From: Candidatus Limnocylindrales bacterium
GTDB lineage: Bacteria; Patescibacteriota; Microgenomatia; Levybacterales; UBA12049
Length of the DNA stretch: 64,000 nt
Direction: 5' to 3'
Assembly (NCBI GenBank): GCA_035526025.1
Contig: DATLDE010000005.1
Span: forward strand, 189,690-253,689
Below are positions 21,023-29,965 of the stretch, in pieces. The translations under genes and the position numbers were made by a program. The first letter of the stretch is position 1; every line of letters starts with the position of its first letter. The notes below the pieces were generated by a model that saw only the letters and a list, made by a program, of their open reading frames with translations, was not told where the DNA came from and did no database searches.

Positions 21023-22012
21023 TTAACTTCTTTGTGTTTTCTTTGTACATAAAAGTGAGCAAAGCTGAAGTGTATCTTTCTCTGCTCCACATGCTGGATC
21101 AGGTTCACATTTAAACTCTTCTGTTTGAAATGCAAATCCATTATCACCAAAGTTTGATAATAAAATATCAAGATCTACCTGATCTACCTTTCCATCATCA
21201 TTCATATCCGAATAATCTTTATTAAAACAAGCACCAGTTGGGGCTCCTGGCAGACAACCTATTAAGGCATTATAATCAATAATGTTGACCTGATTATCCC
21301 CATTATCTCCAGGCGCAAGATCACCTGCGCGCATCTGAACAGGGGACGTCTCAATAGTTGCAGAAGAACTCATCTCAAATACCTTATTGCCGGATTTATC
21401 TAAAAGCTGTACATCTAGATATGTTTCTTCCTGAAGCACCATTTGATATTTACCTTCCGGAATTGATCCTAAATTAAAATTAGCACTTTTGAAAAAACCT
21501 GTCTGCGGATCAAATGTAATCGTGTCTTGTGCGACATAAGTAGCAGATTCAAATGGCCCTTCATTTTTAAATATCTTAATAGAAACTGTTCTAGTTCTAT
21601 TTTGGGGGTTTGAATTTGGACCTATACCCTGAAACCCAACAGTCATCGTAGCCTTATTTGTCTGAGATACAGGTGGATTTGAAGTACTTTTAGGCACACA
21701 GCACCGAACATCATCTGTTTGCTGTGGACAAAGATTGAATGCAACGGTCCCTTTGGTACTGCCATCTGATAAGGTGCATTCTTTTCCCACCTGGTCACTT
21801 TTACCATTTTGACATTCACCGCCCTTGCTTGTGCATGCAGCCTCCTGAATAGGACTTAAAACCTGTGCTTCTGATTTTACAGTTTGTTGATCTTTGGAGA
21901 GCTTCAAATTCAAAATTGCAGTCACAACAATTCCTAAAGAAAAAAATAAAATTAGCACTATCACTGAGGAGAGCTTTCCCGAAGCTTTCATTTCTTTATG
22001 GGGATTTTTCAT
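21023..22012 (-). CDS. secreted Cys-rich protein with C-terminal type-I dockerin domain
   Basis: Signal/TM. Two dockerin Ca-binding repeats (DLAPGDNGDNQVNIIDYNALIGCL and DMNDDGKVDQVDLDILLSNFG). A Cys-rich N-terminal module. Confidence 0.6.
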   Translation of the reverse strand: MKNPHKEMKASGKLSSVIVLILFFSLGIVVTAILNLKLSKDQQTVKSEAQVLSPIQEAACTSKGGECQNGKSDQVGKECTLSDGSTKGTVAFNLCPQQTDDVRCCVPKSTSNPPVSQTNKATMTVGFQGIGPNSNPQNRTRTVSIKIFKNEGPFESATYVAQDTITFDPQTGFFKSANFNLGSIPEGKYQMVLQEETYLDVQLLDKSGNKVFEMSSSATIETSPVQMRAGDLAPGDNGDNQVNIIDYNALIGCLPGAPTGACFNKDYSDMNDDGKVDQVDLDILLSNFGDNGFAFQTEEFKCEPDPACGAEKDTLQLCSLLCTKKTQRS

Positions 22013-22027
22013 ATAATTTAGTGGTTC

Positions 22028-23197
22028 TTATTTTACTACGACTACCCCATCAGTTGCTTGTACTTGAAACCAGATTTTGCCTCTGTTGAACTTTATCTCC
22101 TTACCGCTACTGTCAGTAAGAGTGGTCCTACCCTCACGATTTGATTTTTTCCATGTACCCTTTATTTCTTTACCATCTATAAATACCGATGCCTTACCAG
22201 TACCTCTTGTTCCATATAGCATATGTGCATTCCCTTCGTATCCATCATTTGCGCGTCCCTCTGTCATATACAGTATGACTAAATTCTTAGTAGAAAGCTG
22301 TTTTTTTGTATTACGATCAATATGTTCAACCCCACCATTTTTCCGAAGATACAAATTTGCTTTCTTATCATAAACCCAATCTACAAAATAGTTAGAGTTA
22401 TTCCAGAATTCAATATTTATTAATTTTGTGTTTCCTCTCTTAGCTTCTGGCTCCTCTTCTTTGAATGAATACTTAACGAAGTCTTCATCCCATCTTGCAC
22501 CTTCTTTATCTTTTTCGGTAAGTTTTCTTTGCTTACCAACATCCCAGAGCTTACTGGTTATAGAATACATCGTGTGTTCTGTAGCGACTGGCCTACCAAG
22601 TCTTGTCTCATCTCTCTTAAAAGTAGGAAAACCTATTGAGAATTGATTAAGGTCATTATACTGGCTCCAACCATAATCAATTATCTGACCTAGTGCATCA
22701 GCTGGCCCTGAGGTATTTGCACCACCCACGTGGGCATACAGAGGATAAGTACCATATTCTGATATGAAATCCAGGAAATATGTCCTTGCGGACCTGACTG
22801 GCCCAACCAGGCCTGCATCATTACAATAATAAACGTTAAGAGTTCGTGTTATTCCTCCTTCAGCAATTGCTTCATAAGTTACATCTGCAGCATCAATACC
22901 TGACTGAGGCCTTGAATCTTCGTGATTTTCAATCATCACTCCAAGAGGTCTGTGTTTTTCCCACCAATTCTTTTGATCTCTTGAGTACTTAATGCCATTA
23001 AGCGGGCATTCTTCTGTCCTGGGCTTATTCGGATCGAAGGTTATCGCTTCGTAATCGTTATCTACTTTTCCTGCGAGGGGTTTTGACGTGACACCTTCCT
23101 CAATAGCTGCATTATTTTTGGTAAAAATAGAATAGGAAATTCCTGTAGACGCAAGATATACTAATAGACCAATGATTATAACTGATTTTTTATTCAT
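22028..23197 (-). CDS. DUF3048 domain protein (YerB-like secreted/lipoprotein)
   Basis: N-terminal signal. RPLGVMIENHEDSRPQSGIDAADVTYEAIAEGGITR and PVATEHTMY resemble the conserved DUF3048 core. Confidence 0.65.
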   Translation of the reverse strand: MNKKSVIIIGLLVYLASTGISYSIFTKNNAAIEEGVTSKPLAGKVDNDYEAITFDPNKPRTEECPLNGIKYSRDQKNWWEKHRPLGVMIENHEDSRPQSGIDAADVTYEAIAEGGITRTLNVYYCNDAGLVGPVRSARTYFLDFISEYGTYPLYAHVGGANTSGPADALGQIIDYGWSQYNDLNQFSIGFPTFKRDETRLGRPVATEHTMYSITSKLWDVGKQRKLTEKDKEGARWDEDFVKYSFKEEEPEAKRGNTKLINIEFWNNSNYFVDWVYDKKANLYLRKNGGVEHIDRNTKKQLSTKNLVILYMTEGRANDGYEGNAHMLYGTRGTGKASVFIDGKEIKGTWKKSNREGRTTLTDSSGKEIKFNRGKIWFQVQATDGVVVVK

Positions 23198-23654
23198 GAG
23201 TTTTTGCTATTTTCAATGATTTTTTTTCATCTTCTGACAGTTCGTGCTCAGATCCTTTTCCGTTAATTACTCGTTTAGCGTACCATCTGGTACCAGATCT
23301 TGAGTATAAAGCTGTAATCACAACACCTGTTTCTTTTGCATTAATTAGAGATAAAATAAAGCTTTGATCACCTCCTGTATCTTTAAATGGATTAAATCGA
23401 AGTAAGCCTATTTTTTGGATGTGCAATAAACCATCTCTTTCTATATTATCGCAGCGCTCCTTAAGATAATCAATATGCTTTTTTGTTAATCTTTGTTCTT
23501 TTACAATATTAGATAATACCTCATCAAGCGCTTTTTTGTTTACCCCTTCAGTAAATACAGTATATTTTTGATTCATCCGTCTGAGGTATATTGTAAGAAG
23601 AGTTACCCAAATTAATAGAATCACTAACCCAACTAGCATCAACGGCATTTGCAT
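23190..23654 (-). CDS. DUF4446 family membrane-anchored protein
   Basis: N-terminal TM. RFNPFKDTGGDQSFILSL...GTRWYAK is the DUF4446 signature as I recall it. Confidence 0.55.
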   Translation of the reverse strand: MQMPLMLVGLVILLIWVTLLTIYLRRMNQKYTVFTEGVNKKALDEVLSNIVKEQRLTKKHIDYLKERCDNIERDGLLHIQKIGLLRFNPFKDTGGDQSFILSLINAKETGVVITALYSRSGTRWYAKRVINGKGSEHELSEDEKKSLKIAKTHE

Positions 23655-23671
23655 TAATTTATATTAGCCTC

Positions 23672-23690
23672 TTGACAGCCTGGCTGTCAA
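23672..23690. promoter_or_regulatory. perfect 9+9 palindrome TTGACAGCC-t-GGCTGTCAA (candidate operator overlapping a -35-like TTGACA) in a divergent intergenic region
   Basis: Read directly from the sequence. It lies between divergently transcribed genes (23190..23654 minus, 23712..23996 plus). TAGTGTAAT follows 1 bp downstream as a possible -10. Confidence 0.4.
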
Positions 23691-23711
23691 TAGTGTAATC
23701 TAGGCTCAATC

Positions 23712-23996
23712 ATGCCTAAAAAGGTAAAAACAAAAAAACAGAAAATACTTGCAGATTTGAGACTAAAAAACAGTCCTCAAATATCAGAAAAGACTGATTT
23801 TACAACCTATTCCCTTCCAGCTTTTAATAACACAGACCAAAATAATCCTGTGGCAATGCGTTCCCAAAAAGCTTTTATCAAGCATGTCTCTACGGTCGGT
23901 TATACCTATTTACATAAAGATTTAATAAAAACAATTTTACTCACATCATCAATAATTATTGCAGAATTAGTAGCAAGATATTACTTTAAATTTTAA
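23712..23996 (+). CDS. hypothetical small protein (94 aa, C-terminal hydrophobic segment)
   Basis: ORF only; I recognise no motif. Confidence 0.35.
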   Translation: MPKKVKTKKQKILADLRLKNSPQISEKTDFTTYSLPAFNNTDQNNPVAMRSQKAFIKHVSTVGYTYLHKDLIKTILLTSSIIIAELVARYYFKF

Positions 23997-24037
23997 TAGA
24001 AATTTTTCTAACCCATTTTGAAGGGAGGTGATTATTT

Positions 24038-24181
24038 ATGGCAAGCATGTATTGCGTTAAATGTAGAGCAAAAAAGGAAGTTGATAATCCAGAAAAGGTT
24101 ACTATGAAAAATGGTAAACCAGCTTTGAAATCAAAATGTCCTGATTGTGGTACAGGAATGTACAAAATCGGCTCAAAATAA
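24038..24181 (+). CDS. mini zinc-ribbon protein (DUF5679-like, 47 aa)
   Basis: MASMYCVKCRAKKEVDNPEKVTMKNGKPALKSKCPDCGTGMYKIGSK has two CxxC pairs. A GGAGG RBS lies 8 nt upstream and a strong terminator follows. It is below the ORF-track size cutoff. Confidence 0.6.
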   Translation: MASMYCVKCRAKKEVDNPEKVTMKNGKPALKSKCPDCGTGMYKIGSK

Positions 24182-24226
24182 GCCAATTCTCCTTGGAGTT
24201 TTTCAATATCCTTCAAGGAACATACT

Positions 24227-24254
24227 AAAACCCCCGCCATCAGGTGGGGGTTTT
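24227..24254. terminator. bidirectional rho-independent terminator (AAAACCCCC-gccatcaggt-GGGGGTTTT)
   Basis: G/C stem flanked by an A-run and a T-run. It sits between the convergent zinc-ribbon gene and the GT-C transferase gene. Confidence 0.65.
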
Positions 24255-24262
24255 ATTTTCTA

Positions 24263-25849
24263 CTACTTCTGATTTTCAACATATGGAATTAGTTTGAAAA
24301 CTTTAACAACTGATACGTCCCACGTGCCTACAACTTGAGCTCTACCAAATCCTGCAATGTCAAAAAGAGGATGCCCCAGAGGATTACAGTCTGTTTGCTC
24401 ACAAACAACTAATAGCTGCTTTGTTGGAGTTTTTCTTTCAGGATCAAGAATAGGATTTTCAATCTTACTTGGAGAATGTCCCAAAATATCAAAATAGTAA
24501 CGATACCCGTGATCCGAGTTGCCCGCTGCAATAAGCGCAAAATTATAGGGCTTATTGTCTGTTTTAGATATAACAAATTCTGTAATTATTTTTATCTGAT
24601 CCTTTTGCTTATTAGGCTGAAACTTAAATGGTTGATAATTTAGATTATAAAAAAATATAAAAATGAAGATTGTGACAGCTAAAACTTTTCCAATCTGAGC
24701 AGGCTTTTTGAGCTGATAGAGACTATATATAAAATATGCAGTAAGTAAAAAAGGGAGCGGAAATAAGAACTCAAAATTATAATCATTAATAGGTTTTTTA
24801 TAAAATCCAAAAAGTATTACACCAAACCCCAACCACATTCCAAAAAGCACAGCAATTAGTCTGTTTTTAAACTTCATAAGCAGATATATTGACGCTAAAG
24901 CAATAATAACTATAATAATCTGCCATAAAACTAAAATATTTTTATCAAAAAACGGTACTCTATCAGGAGATGGAAAATACCATATAGTCCTTGCAAAAAC
25001 TCTAAAAAAAACATCCAGAACTATTTCAATAAATGATTTATTTGTGATATCAGTGGCGCCTGGGCTACCATGTAAGATTAAATTCACCACTGTACGAGTG
25101 TTGGGAAAACCATGATGTATTTCAAAAGCTAAAAAAGGAGATAGTCCTAAGACAAATCCCACAAATGTAAATGCATACTGTTTTATAAGCAAACTCACTT
25201 CTTTTCTTTTCAAAAAATAATAACTAAATAATATGAATGAAATTATAATAATCCCAACGAAAAGTTCAATATAATGCAGTTGCAAAGCAATCCCATACAG
25301 AAATCCAACTGTTAAAAAATATTTCCATGACTTGTTCTGTACCGCTTGATAAAGCAAATAAAGAATTAGCAGTGTAAAAAAAGGCATAGGATTTGGATTC
25401 CATGAAGATCGCGAATATATTATGACCAGTGGTGACACAGCGTACAATGCAGCCGCAATTACACCAACAGTAGAGTTAAAGACTTTCTTACCCACATAGA
25501 AAACCATAAATACTGTTGCTATTCCGAGTAATGCTATCATTACGGCAGGGCCAACAGGATCAAGATTTGATAAATATAAAAACGGCGCCATCATATAATA
25601 ATAAATAGGTCCTGTATAGAAATCTCCGGCACTGGATCTAGGACCTAAAAATGTTAAATTTCCGGCCAAAATATCTTTCACTACTAACACATCTCTTCCT
25701 TCATCACCCAGAAAAGTCATGTAATCAGAAATTTTATATAGCCTGAGGAATGCAGCAAATAGAAGGATAATAGCTAATAATATATTTGAAATTTTTTTCT
25801 TTGTAAATTTCATATTATGTATTATTTCTTTAGCTTCTGTGTTTTCCAA
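24263..25849 (-). CDS. GT-C fold polyprenyl-phosphate-sugar-dependent glycosyltransferase (PMT_2 / ArnT-like, GT39/GT83 family)
   Basis: About 12 TM. N-terminal LGDEGRD-type DE motif in the first extracytoplasmic loop (YMTFLGDEGRDVLVV). Architecture of ArnT/PMT enzymes. Confidence 0.7.
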   Translation of the reverse strand: MENTEAKEIIHNMKFTKKKISNILLAIILLFAAFLRLYKISDYMTFLGDEGRDVLVVKDILAGNLTFLGPRSSAGDFYTGPIYYYMMAPFLYLSNLDPVGPAVMIALLGIATVFMVFYVGKKVFNSTVGVIAAALYAVSPLVIIYSRSSWNPNPMPFFTLLILYLLYQAVQNKSWKYFLTVGFLYGIALQLHYIELFVGIIIISFILFSYYFLKRKEVSLLIKQYAFTFVGFVLGLSPFLAFEIHHGFPNTRTVVNLILHGSPGATDITNKSFIEIVLDVFFRVFARTIWYFPSPDRVPFFDKNILVLWQIIIVIIALASIYLLMKFKNRLIAVLFGMWLGFGVILFGFYKKPINDYNFEFLFPLPFLLTAYFIYSLYQLKKPAQIGKVLAVTIFIFIFFYNLNYQPFKFQPNKQKDQIKIITEFVISKTDNKPYNFALIAAGNSDHGYRYYFDILGHSPSKIENPILDPERKTPTKQLLVVCEQTDCNPLGHPLFDIAGFGRAQVVGTWDVSVVKVFKLIPYVENQK

Positions 25850-26976
25850 ATTATTTTATTATAGACAAAATAATTAAGTGGTATTACAAGGAAAATAATA
25901 GTCGGGAATAAAATAATTTTTGCAGTATGAGTTGATTGTCCAAAAATATTTAAATTTTCCCCTAGTCTATTAACAGCAATATATGTGACAGCTCCCTGAA
26001 TTCCAATTGAACCTAAAGAGGCTAAATTAAATTTAATGAGTCTCTGCAGGAACCCTCCATGCTCTTTAATTGAGGTTGTATCTTTAAAAGTCCATATATT
26101 ATTTAGAAAAAAGTTGGATAGTATAGCCGCTTCCCCACCGATCATCGAAGCGATAAATTGCTCAGATCCAGCACGTATAAAAAGATCAATCATCAACAAC
26201 TGAACAATAAATCCAGTTCCTCCTACTATTAAAAATTTAATAAATCTCGCAGAATCCCTTATTCTTAATCTTATTACCACATACAGTGAATCAAATAGAT
26301 CTTTTCTAGTTATCTTACTGGATCCCTCTTTCCTTTCATAAAAAATTATCGGAACTTCTATGACTTTAGCTTTTTGATTCATTACATCACGAAGAATATG
26401 AAGCTTATATGCATAATACTTTGAATACAAATGGTCAAGGTCAACATTTTTTAAAAAAGAACTTTTTGTCAACTTATATCCTGAGGTCATATCATGAACA
26501 TTAAAAGTAAGAAGTATTATTTGAGCGAACAACCCACCTAATCTGCTTATTAACTTACGATGAAATCCCCATTCGGGAGGAATTGCCCCACCAGGCACAT
26601 ATCTACTCCCTATTACAAGATCTGCACCATGATCCATAGCTTTTATTAGACGGGGTATATCTTTGGGGTCATGTTGAAAATCAGCATCAAATTCCATTAC
26701 AGCATCTGCTTTCATTTTATCCATTGCATACTTCATCCCTCTTGCATAAGCAGCTCCCAAACCTTTCTTTTCTCCTTTCAAAAGAGCTACATTTTTGAAT
26801 TTCTTCATTAATTTCTCAACTTCTGCTGCTGTCCCATCTGGTGAGTTATCATCAACGATAAGTAGCTGCATATTATGATTTTTTACTTGAGGAAAGATTT
26901 CCTCGATCAAAAGAGGAATCAATTTTTCTATATTTACTATTTCGTTATATGTGGGTGAAATAACTACAATATTCAT
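25822..26976 (-). CDS. GT2 polyprenyl-phosphate glycosyltransferase (DPM1/GtrB/ArnC-like) fused to a C-terminal GtrA-like 4-TM domain
   Basis: VVISPTYNE...VDDNSPDGT...EFDADFQHDP (DxD) catalytic domain. The C-terminal roughly 120 aa have 4 TM segments with GtrA-family character. Confidence 0.8.
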   Translation of the reverse strand: MNIVVISPTYNEIVNIEKLIPLLIEEIFPQVKNHNMQLLIVDDNSPDGTAAEVEKLMKKFKNVALLKGEKKGLGAAYARGMKYAMDKMKADAVMEFDADFQHDPKDIPRLIKAMDHGADLVIGSRYVPGGAIPPEWGFHRKLISRLGGLFAQIILLTFNVHDMTSGYKLTKSSFLKNVDLDHLYSKYYAYKLHILRDVMNQKAKVIEVPIIFYERKEGSSKITRKDLFDSLYVVIRLRIRDSARFIKFLIVGGTGFIVQLLMIDLFIRAGSEQFIASMIGGEAAILSNFFLNNIWTFKDTTSIKEHGGFLQRLIKFNLASLGSIGIQGAVTYIAVNRLGENLNIFGQSTHTAKIILFPTIIFLVIPLNYFVYNKIIWKTQKLKK

Positions 26977-27923
26977 ATGTTTCTAAAATATTCAATTGTT
27001 TTTTTTAGACCTTCTTCCAAGCTGGTCTTTGCCTCCCAACCCAGTATGCTTTTTGCTTTTGCTAAATTAGGCTTGCGGGTTGTAGGATCATCCTCAGGAA
27101 GTTCTTCAAAAACTATTTCACTATTGCTTCCCGTCATTTCTTTAACTAATGCAGCTATATCAGAAATATTCCTCTCATCATCATTTCCCAAATTAATAAC
27201 TTCTCCTTTGGCTTTATCTGATACCATCATCTTCACCAACCCTTCGACCATATCATCAACATAACAGAAGCTTCTTGTCTGATCTCCATTTCCAAAAATA
27301 GTTAATGGATCATTCTTAATTGCCTGATTTATAAAAGCAGACACTACCCGCCCATCATCTTTTTGCATTTGTGGACCATATGTATTGAATATTCTGACAA
27401 TTCTTACGTCTACATCAAATTTTCTTTTAAATCCAAAACTCATCGCTTCACCAAATCTTTTTCCCTCATCATAAACTGAGCGTATACCATTTGGATTTAC
27501 ATTTCCAAAATATGTCTCAGGTTGGGGGCTAACAGCAGGATTGCCATAAACTTCACTAGTCGATGCGAAAAGAAAACGCGCATTTTTTTCTTTTGCCAAA
27601 TTTAATAAATTGTATGTTCCAACCGAATTTGCCAATAACGTCTCGATAGGGAAATTAATGTAACTTCTAAGGGATTTCTTATTTGGGCTTGCAGGAGAAG
27701 CAAGATGATAAATATAATTTATTTCTCCCAACTCTGCTATTGGGTTTGTAATGTCATATTCGAAATACTTAAAATTCGGGTTATCCAACAATCTAACAAT
27801 GTTGTCCTTACTTCCAGTAATAAGATTATCAAAACAATAAACAACATTCCCTTCATCAATTAGCCTTTTACACAAATGTGAACCAATAAATCCAGCACCT
27901 CCCGCAACCAGTATTTTCAACAT
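26973..27923 (-). CDS. uxs: UDP-glucuronate decarboxylase (UDP-xylose synthase, UXS / ArnA-C-terminal-like SDR)
   Basis: GGAGFIGSHL Rossmann motif and YxxxK (YDEGKR). Strong similarity to UXS-family SDRs. ugd is 2 kb away. Confidence 0.7.
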   Translation of the reverse strand: MLKILVAGGAGFIGSHLCKRLIDEGNVVYCFDNLITGSKDNIVRLLDNPNFKYFEYDITNPIAELGEINYIYHLASPASPNKKSLRSYINFPIETLLANSVGTYNLLNLAKEKNARFLFASTSEVYGNPAVSPQPETYFGNVNPNGIRSVYDEGKRFGEAMSFGFKRKFDVDVRIVRIFNTYGPQMQKDDGRVVSAFINQAIKNDPLTIFGNGDQTRSFCYVDDMVEGLVKMMVSDKAKGEVINLGNDDERNISDIAALVKEMTGSNSEIVFEELPEDDPTTRKPNLAKAKSILGWEAKTSLEEGLKKTIEYFRNI

Positions 27924-27968
27924 GCCTCTATGTTACTAAAATTAAGTTGGTTTGGGAATAGTGTGGAA

Positions 27969-28940
27969 TTATTTAAGAAGTTTTTCGCGCTCCAAATCTG
28001 CTTTTACCATCATCGCAACTAATGCCTTAAACGAAGTTTTGGGTTTCCATTTGAGTTCTTTTTGCGCTTTGCTTGAGTCCCCGATCAGATAATCTACTTC
28101 TGCAGGACGTAGATGTTTTGGGTGATTTGATACAACATATTTTTCCCAATCATCAATTCCTACTGTCTTAAATGCAAGCTCAACAAATTCTTGTACGCTA
28201 TGACTCTCACCTGTCCCTATGACATAATCCTCAGGGGCTTTCTGTTGAAGCATCAAATACATCGCTTCCACATAATCTCCTGCAAATCCCCAGTCTCTTT
28301 TTGGTCTAAGATCTCCTAATTCCAGCTTTTTTTGCTTTCCCAGACTAATTCTGGCTGCAGCATTTGAGATCTTACGTGTTACAAATTCAATTCCACGCCT
28401 AGGGGACTCATGATTGAAAAGAATTCCGCTGCACGCGAACATATCATAACTTTCCCGGTAATTCAGAGTTATGTAGTGTCCATATACTTTTGCTACACCA
28501 TATGGACTTCTTGGGTAAAACCTAGTTGTTTCCTTCTGGGGTGTTTCCGTCACTTTTCCGAACATCTCACTACTTGAGGCCTGATAAAATTTAATCTTTT
28601 TATTTACTGATCTTATTGCTTCAAGAACGCGGGTCACACCAATTCCTGTGAATTCTCCTGTCAGAACCGGCTGATCAAAAGATGTCTTCACAAATGACTG
28701 AGCTGCCAAGTTGTACACTTCATCCGGCTCAGATTCCATAAGAGCCTGCATCATGGAACTTTGATCAAGGAGATCAGCTGATAATAATTCAACTTTTTCC
28801 TGGATATGTCCGATATTTTCAATATTTGGAGTGCTCAGACGCCTAACAGTTCCGAATACCTTATAACCCTTGGATAGCAAGAGCTCAGCTAGATATGAAC
28901 CGTCTTGTCCTGTAATTCCAGTAATTAATGCTCTTTTCAT
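27969..28940 (-). CDS. gmd: GDP-mannose 4,6-dehydratase
   Basis: [23 protein letters not shown](K/E)V.G..RR N-terminus is near-identical to Gmd, with full-length collinearity. Confidence 0.9.
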   Translation of the reverse strand: MKRALITGITGQDGSYLAELLLSKGYKVFGTVRRLSTPNIENIGHIQEKVELLSADLLDQSSMMQALMESEPDEVYNLAAQSFVKTSFDQPVLTGEFTGIGVTRVLEAIRSVNKKIKFYQASSSEMFGKVTETPQKETTRFYPRSPYGVAKVYGHYITLNYRESYDMFACSGILFNHESPRRGIEFVTRKISNAAARISLGKQKKLELGDLRPKRDWGFAGDYVEAMYLMLQQKAPEDYVIGTGESHSVQEFVELAFKTVGIDDWEKYVVSNHPKHLRPAEVDYLIGDSSKAQKELKWKPKTSFKALVAMMVKADLEREKLLK

Positions 28941-29020
28941 AAAGTAAGTATAAAGGAAAAAGTATCAGGTATAAAGGGGGTCCTTAATACTTTATACTAA
29001 CCCCTTAATACTCAGTTATT

Positions 29021-29965
29021 TTAAACTACTGACCTCCAATAGTCCAGTGTATCTTGCAGGGTTTTTTCAATAGATATTTTTGGTGTCCATCCTGTTAGCT
29101 TTTTCAGCTTTGAATAATCGCAATACACATCGGGCACACTCACTGGGCGAAGCTTTGAGGGATCTTCCTGGATTTCAATTTTTTTATCTGTTAGGGAAAG
29201 CAAAATATCCAACAATTCTCTCATACTGCGTGAGATTCCTGAACCGATGTTATAAGTTTCACCAGTTAGCCCATCGTCCATAAGTCGCGAGTAACCAATC
29301 ACAATATCCCTTACATCTGAAAAATCTCTTTTCGCGCTCAGGCTTCCTACCATTAATAACGGCTCCTGTTGTCCCTTTTCAATTTGTGCAATTTGCTTTG
29401 CAAAAGCAGGTATAGCAAAAGATGTTGTCTGAAATGGACCGGTATGGTTGAACGCTCTCACACTGATAGTTTTGAGTTGATATGATAGATTGTATTGAAG
29501 GGCCAGGTAGTCCTGTGCGATCTTTGAAACAGCGTAAGGATTTACGGGACGAAGCTTTACGTCTTCATTTAGCGGTAGATCAGAGGGATCCACTTGCCCA
29601 TATACTTCGCCCGATGAAACCACAAGTGTCCTGGTGTCAATAAGATCTGAGTCTTTGACGGCGTTTAAAATATTCATCTGAATCTCAACATTTGAAAGTA
29701 CAACCTTTGTAGAATTTGCATAACTGTCCCCGGCTGATGAAAAAGCGGCTAAATGATAAATAAAATCAGGCTTTATTTTTTCAATCAACTTAGCAACTTC
29801 TTCTGACTCCAGTAAGTCAATCTTTTCAAGATTAATATTATTATTTGATGACCCTGAATCTGATAATGAAGTACCGAAAATTTCGAATTCATTTTTTGAG
29901 GATAGATAAGCTGTCAGATGCTGGCCGACAAATCCGGTTGCACCGGTTATCAATACTTTTTTCAT
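29021..29965 (-). CDS. rmd: GDP-4-keto-6-deoxy-D-mannose reductase (Rmd-type; makes GDP-D-rhamnose)
   Basis: SSGEVYGQV, NPYAVSK, RAFNHTGP, SAKRDFSDV, YNIGSG and QDPSKLRP align motif-for-motif with characterised Rmd. It is directly downstream of gmd. Confidence 0.75.
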   Translation of the reverse strand: MKKVLITGATGFVGQHLTAYLSSKNEFEIFGTSLSDSGSSNNNINLEKIDLLESEEVAKLIEKIKPDFIYHLAAFSSAGDSYANSTKVVLSNVEIQMNILNAVKDSDLIDTRTLVVSSGEVYGQVDPSDLPLNEDVKLRPVNPYAVSKIAQDYLALQYNLSYQLKTISVRAFNHTGPFQTTSFAIPAFAKQIAQIEKGQQEPLLMVGSLSAKRDFSDVRDIVIGYSRLMDDGLTGETYNIGSGISRSMRELLDILLSLTDKKIEIQEDPSKLRPVSVPDVYCDYSKLKKLTGWTPKISIEKTLQDTLDYWRSVV

